Shown piece after piece: positions 1 to 870 of a stretch of 870 nt of DNA. Source of the stretch: a phage. The position numbers were made by a program, and so were the translations under genes. How positions within the stretch are numbered: position 1 is the stretch's first letter; every line of letters begins with the position of its first letter. Where the stretch lies: sequence record AF056275.1; one strand, written 5' to 3'. The notes below the pieces were generated by a model, which had not been told where the DNA came from, ran no database searches, and saw only the letters and a program-made list of their open reading frames with translations.

Positions 1-28
1 GCGTTTCTTTGNCGNNCNATTTATTACT

Positions 29-808
29 ATGATTATTTCCGCAGAAAAACAAACCGTTATCCTGAAAATGGCCGCTGACTTTAATTTCTATGGTAAACGT
101 CTGCGCGCCACTAAACTGGAAGTCTGCGACGATATATCAAAGGCGGTCTATGATACTACAAAACACTCGACCGCGATTTGTGATTGGTTGGAAGCAAATA
201 AACCAGCTAAACCGAAAGCGGCGAAAGTAGCAAAAGCCATTAAAAACGATGAGCGCCCAGAAGCGGCGGGGATTGTTTCTAGCACGGTTGAAAGCTGGGA
301 AGTAAAGCAGGGTAAACGCTTTATTATTACGTCGATTCAGAATAATACTTCNCCGCATAAAAACTTTTTAGCCTCACTGGAGCAATTTGCTAAATATATC
401 GGCGCTGATTTGCTGGTTAGCAAGTTTATTTATAACAAAAACGGTTTTCAAAATGGCGANGGCGCCGAAGGAATCAAATATGATTCCGCATTTGACAAAT
501 ATATCTGCAATAAAAACGTGTTTTTGAATAATCGCCGTTTTGCTTTCATGGCTGAAATNNACGTTTTACCTNCCGCAGATTNTCCGCNGTGTNGANTTNC
601 TGAANCTNCAACCGCGCTCAACCTNGANNGTTTAGCAAGTGGAACNGCTGAAATNACNGNCNAGAGNGTCCCANCTTTAAANGATGNAGTGGNGNGCNGT
701 ATGTATTCANCNCGCACGGCAACGTCTNCCCNAAGACATCCCAGCAGAAAGCATCATAGAAAGNGGNAGAGTTGGATAATTTNGNTGCGATTGNGTGTGG
801 AGNTNTAG
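29..808 (+). CDS. Hypothetical protein of unrecognised family. ATG at 29; the frame is also open upstream to the window edge. The 3' end is uncertain because the stop lies in N-rich sequence.
   Basis: In the clean region there are about 175 consecutive sense codons (nt 29-555) with no stop, where a stop would be expected roughly every 20 codons at this composition. Synonymous codon choice is strongly biased: Lys is AAA 18 times and AAG 3 times in residues 1-170, Leu is mostly CTG, Arg is CGT/CGC. Two ambiguous codons resolve regardless of the N: TCN at 350-352 is Ser and GAN at 458-460 is Asp or Glu. The first codon that could hide a stop is NGA at 593-595. The annotated TAG at 806-808 is surrounded by N calls. 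No family assignment could be made by eye. Confidence 0.75.
   Translation: MIISAEKQTVILKMAADFNFYGKRLRATKLEVCDDISKAVYDTTKHSTAICDWLEANKPAKPKAAKVAKAIKNDERPEAAGIVSSTVESWEVKQGKRFIITSIQNNTXPHKNFLASLEQFAKYIGADLLVSKFIYNKNGFQNGXGAEGIKYDSAFDKYICNKNVFLNNRRFAFMAEXXVLPXADXPXCXXXEXXTALNXXXLASGXAEXXXXXVPXLXDXVXXXMYSXRTATSXXRHPSRKHHRKXXSWIIXXRLXVEX
194..271 (+). other. Segment encoding a Lys/Ala/Pro-rich basic low-complexity linker (residues 56-81, ANKPAKPKAAKVAKAIKNDERPEAAG) between the N-terminal and C-terminal regions.
   Basis: Read directly from clean sequence: codons gca aat aaa cca gct aaa ccg aaa gcg gcg aaa gta gca aaa gcc att aaa aac gat gag cgc cca gaa gcg gcg ggg. The composition resembles flexible inter-domain hinges and basic AK-rich tails seen in some nucleic-acid-binding proteins. 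Confidence 0.5.
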
Positions 809-870
809 NNGACTNAAAGTGGTATCNNTACNGGAANTNATTGTNTGTCCANGTANCNAGCAAAGGAAAC

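Noticed and set aside
92-99. Repeated octamer ggtaaacg at 92-99 and 311-318
   Set aside because: Both copies encode Gly-Lys-Arg in frame (YGKRLRA and QGKRFII). Two copies of an 8-mer built from preferred codons is within chance expectation and is not evidence of a repeat element or a binding site.
137-358. Minus-strand ORF of 73 aa (MRXSIILNRRNNKAFTLLYF...)
   Set aside because: It lies entirely antisense to the clean, well-supported plus-strand CDS. Its Arg/Phe-rich, low-complexity translation is what the complement of a Lys/Ala-rich gene produces. It has no independent codon-bias or start-signal support.
512-525. Short A/T-rich inverted repeat aaaaac-gt-gttttt, with a similar aaaac-g-gtttt at 438-448
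   Set aside because: The arms are only 5-6 bp, the loop is too short for a stable RNA hairpin, and both sit inside the coding region where they are explained by Lys-Asn-Val/Gly-Phe codons (AAA AAC GTG TTT). They are not positioned as a terminator or operator.
448-717. Minus-strand ORF of 89 aa with many X residues
   Set aside because: It is open mainly because N-containing codons cannot be called as stops. It is antisense to the main CDS and lies largely in low-quality sequence.
29-808. Length coincidence with the terminal protein of tectivirus PRD1 (259 residues, as I recall it), which is covalently linked to the genome ends and primes replication
   Set aside because: The 259-codon length depends on a stop located in unreadable sequence. 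I cannot align this protein to any terminal protein from memory, and the residue at position 190 here is encoded by NTT, which cannot be Tyr. The match is therefore length only and has no sequence support.
618-863. Minus-strand ORF of 81 aa with many X residues
   Set aside because: It lies wholly in the N-dense tail of the read, where roughly a third of codons are ambiguous, so its openness is an artefact and it cannot be interpreted.
1-870. Possibility that the window contains a novel multi-gene system such as a defence island, toxin-antitoxin pair or CRISPR array
   Set aside because: Only one gene, with at most the last 10 codons of an upstream neighbour, is visible. There are no repeats, spacer arrays or paired small ORFs. 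Any system-level claim would require flanking sequence.

Overview
This 870-nt window looks like a single-pass sequencing read: a few ambiguous bases at 12-18, clean sequence from about 19 to 555, then dense N calls to the end. Almost all of it is one plus-strand ORF (29..808 as given), which I consider a real protein-coding gene but cannot assign to any family from memory. Its product appears to have a short N-terminal domain, a Lys/Ala/Pro-rich basic linker, and a larger C-terminal region, with enterobacterial- or Vibrio-like codon usage at roughly 40-45% G+C by eye. The start codon sits in an ATGA start/stop overlap with no visible Shine-Dalgarno, so the gene is probably inside an operon. 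The 3' end is unreliable: the frame is securely open only to nt 592, and the TAG at 806-808 lies in poor sequence. I see no RNA genes, CRISPR repeats, mobile-element termini or any multi-gene system; with one partly unreadable gene, no novel system can be supported from this window alone.
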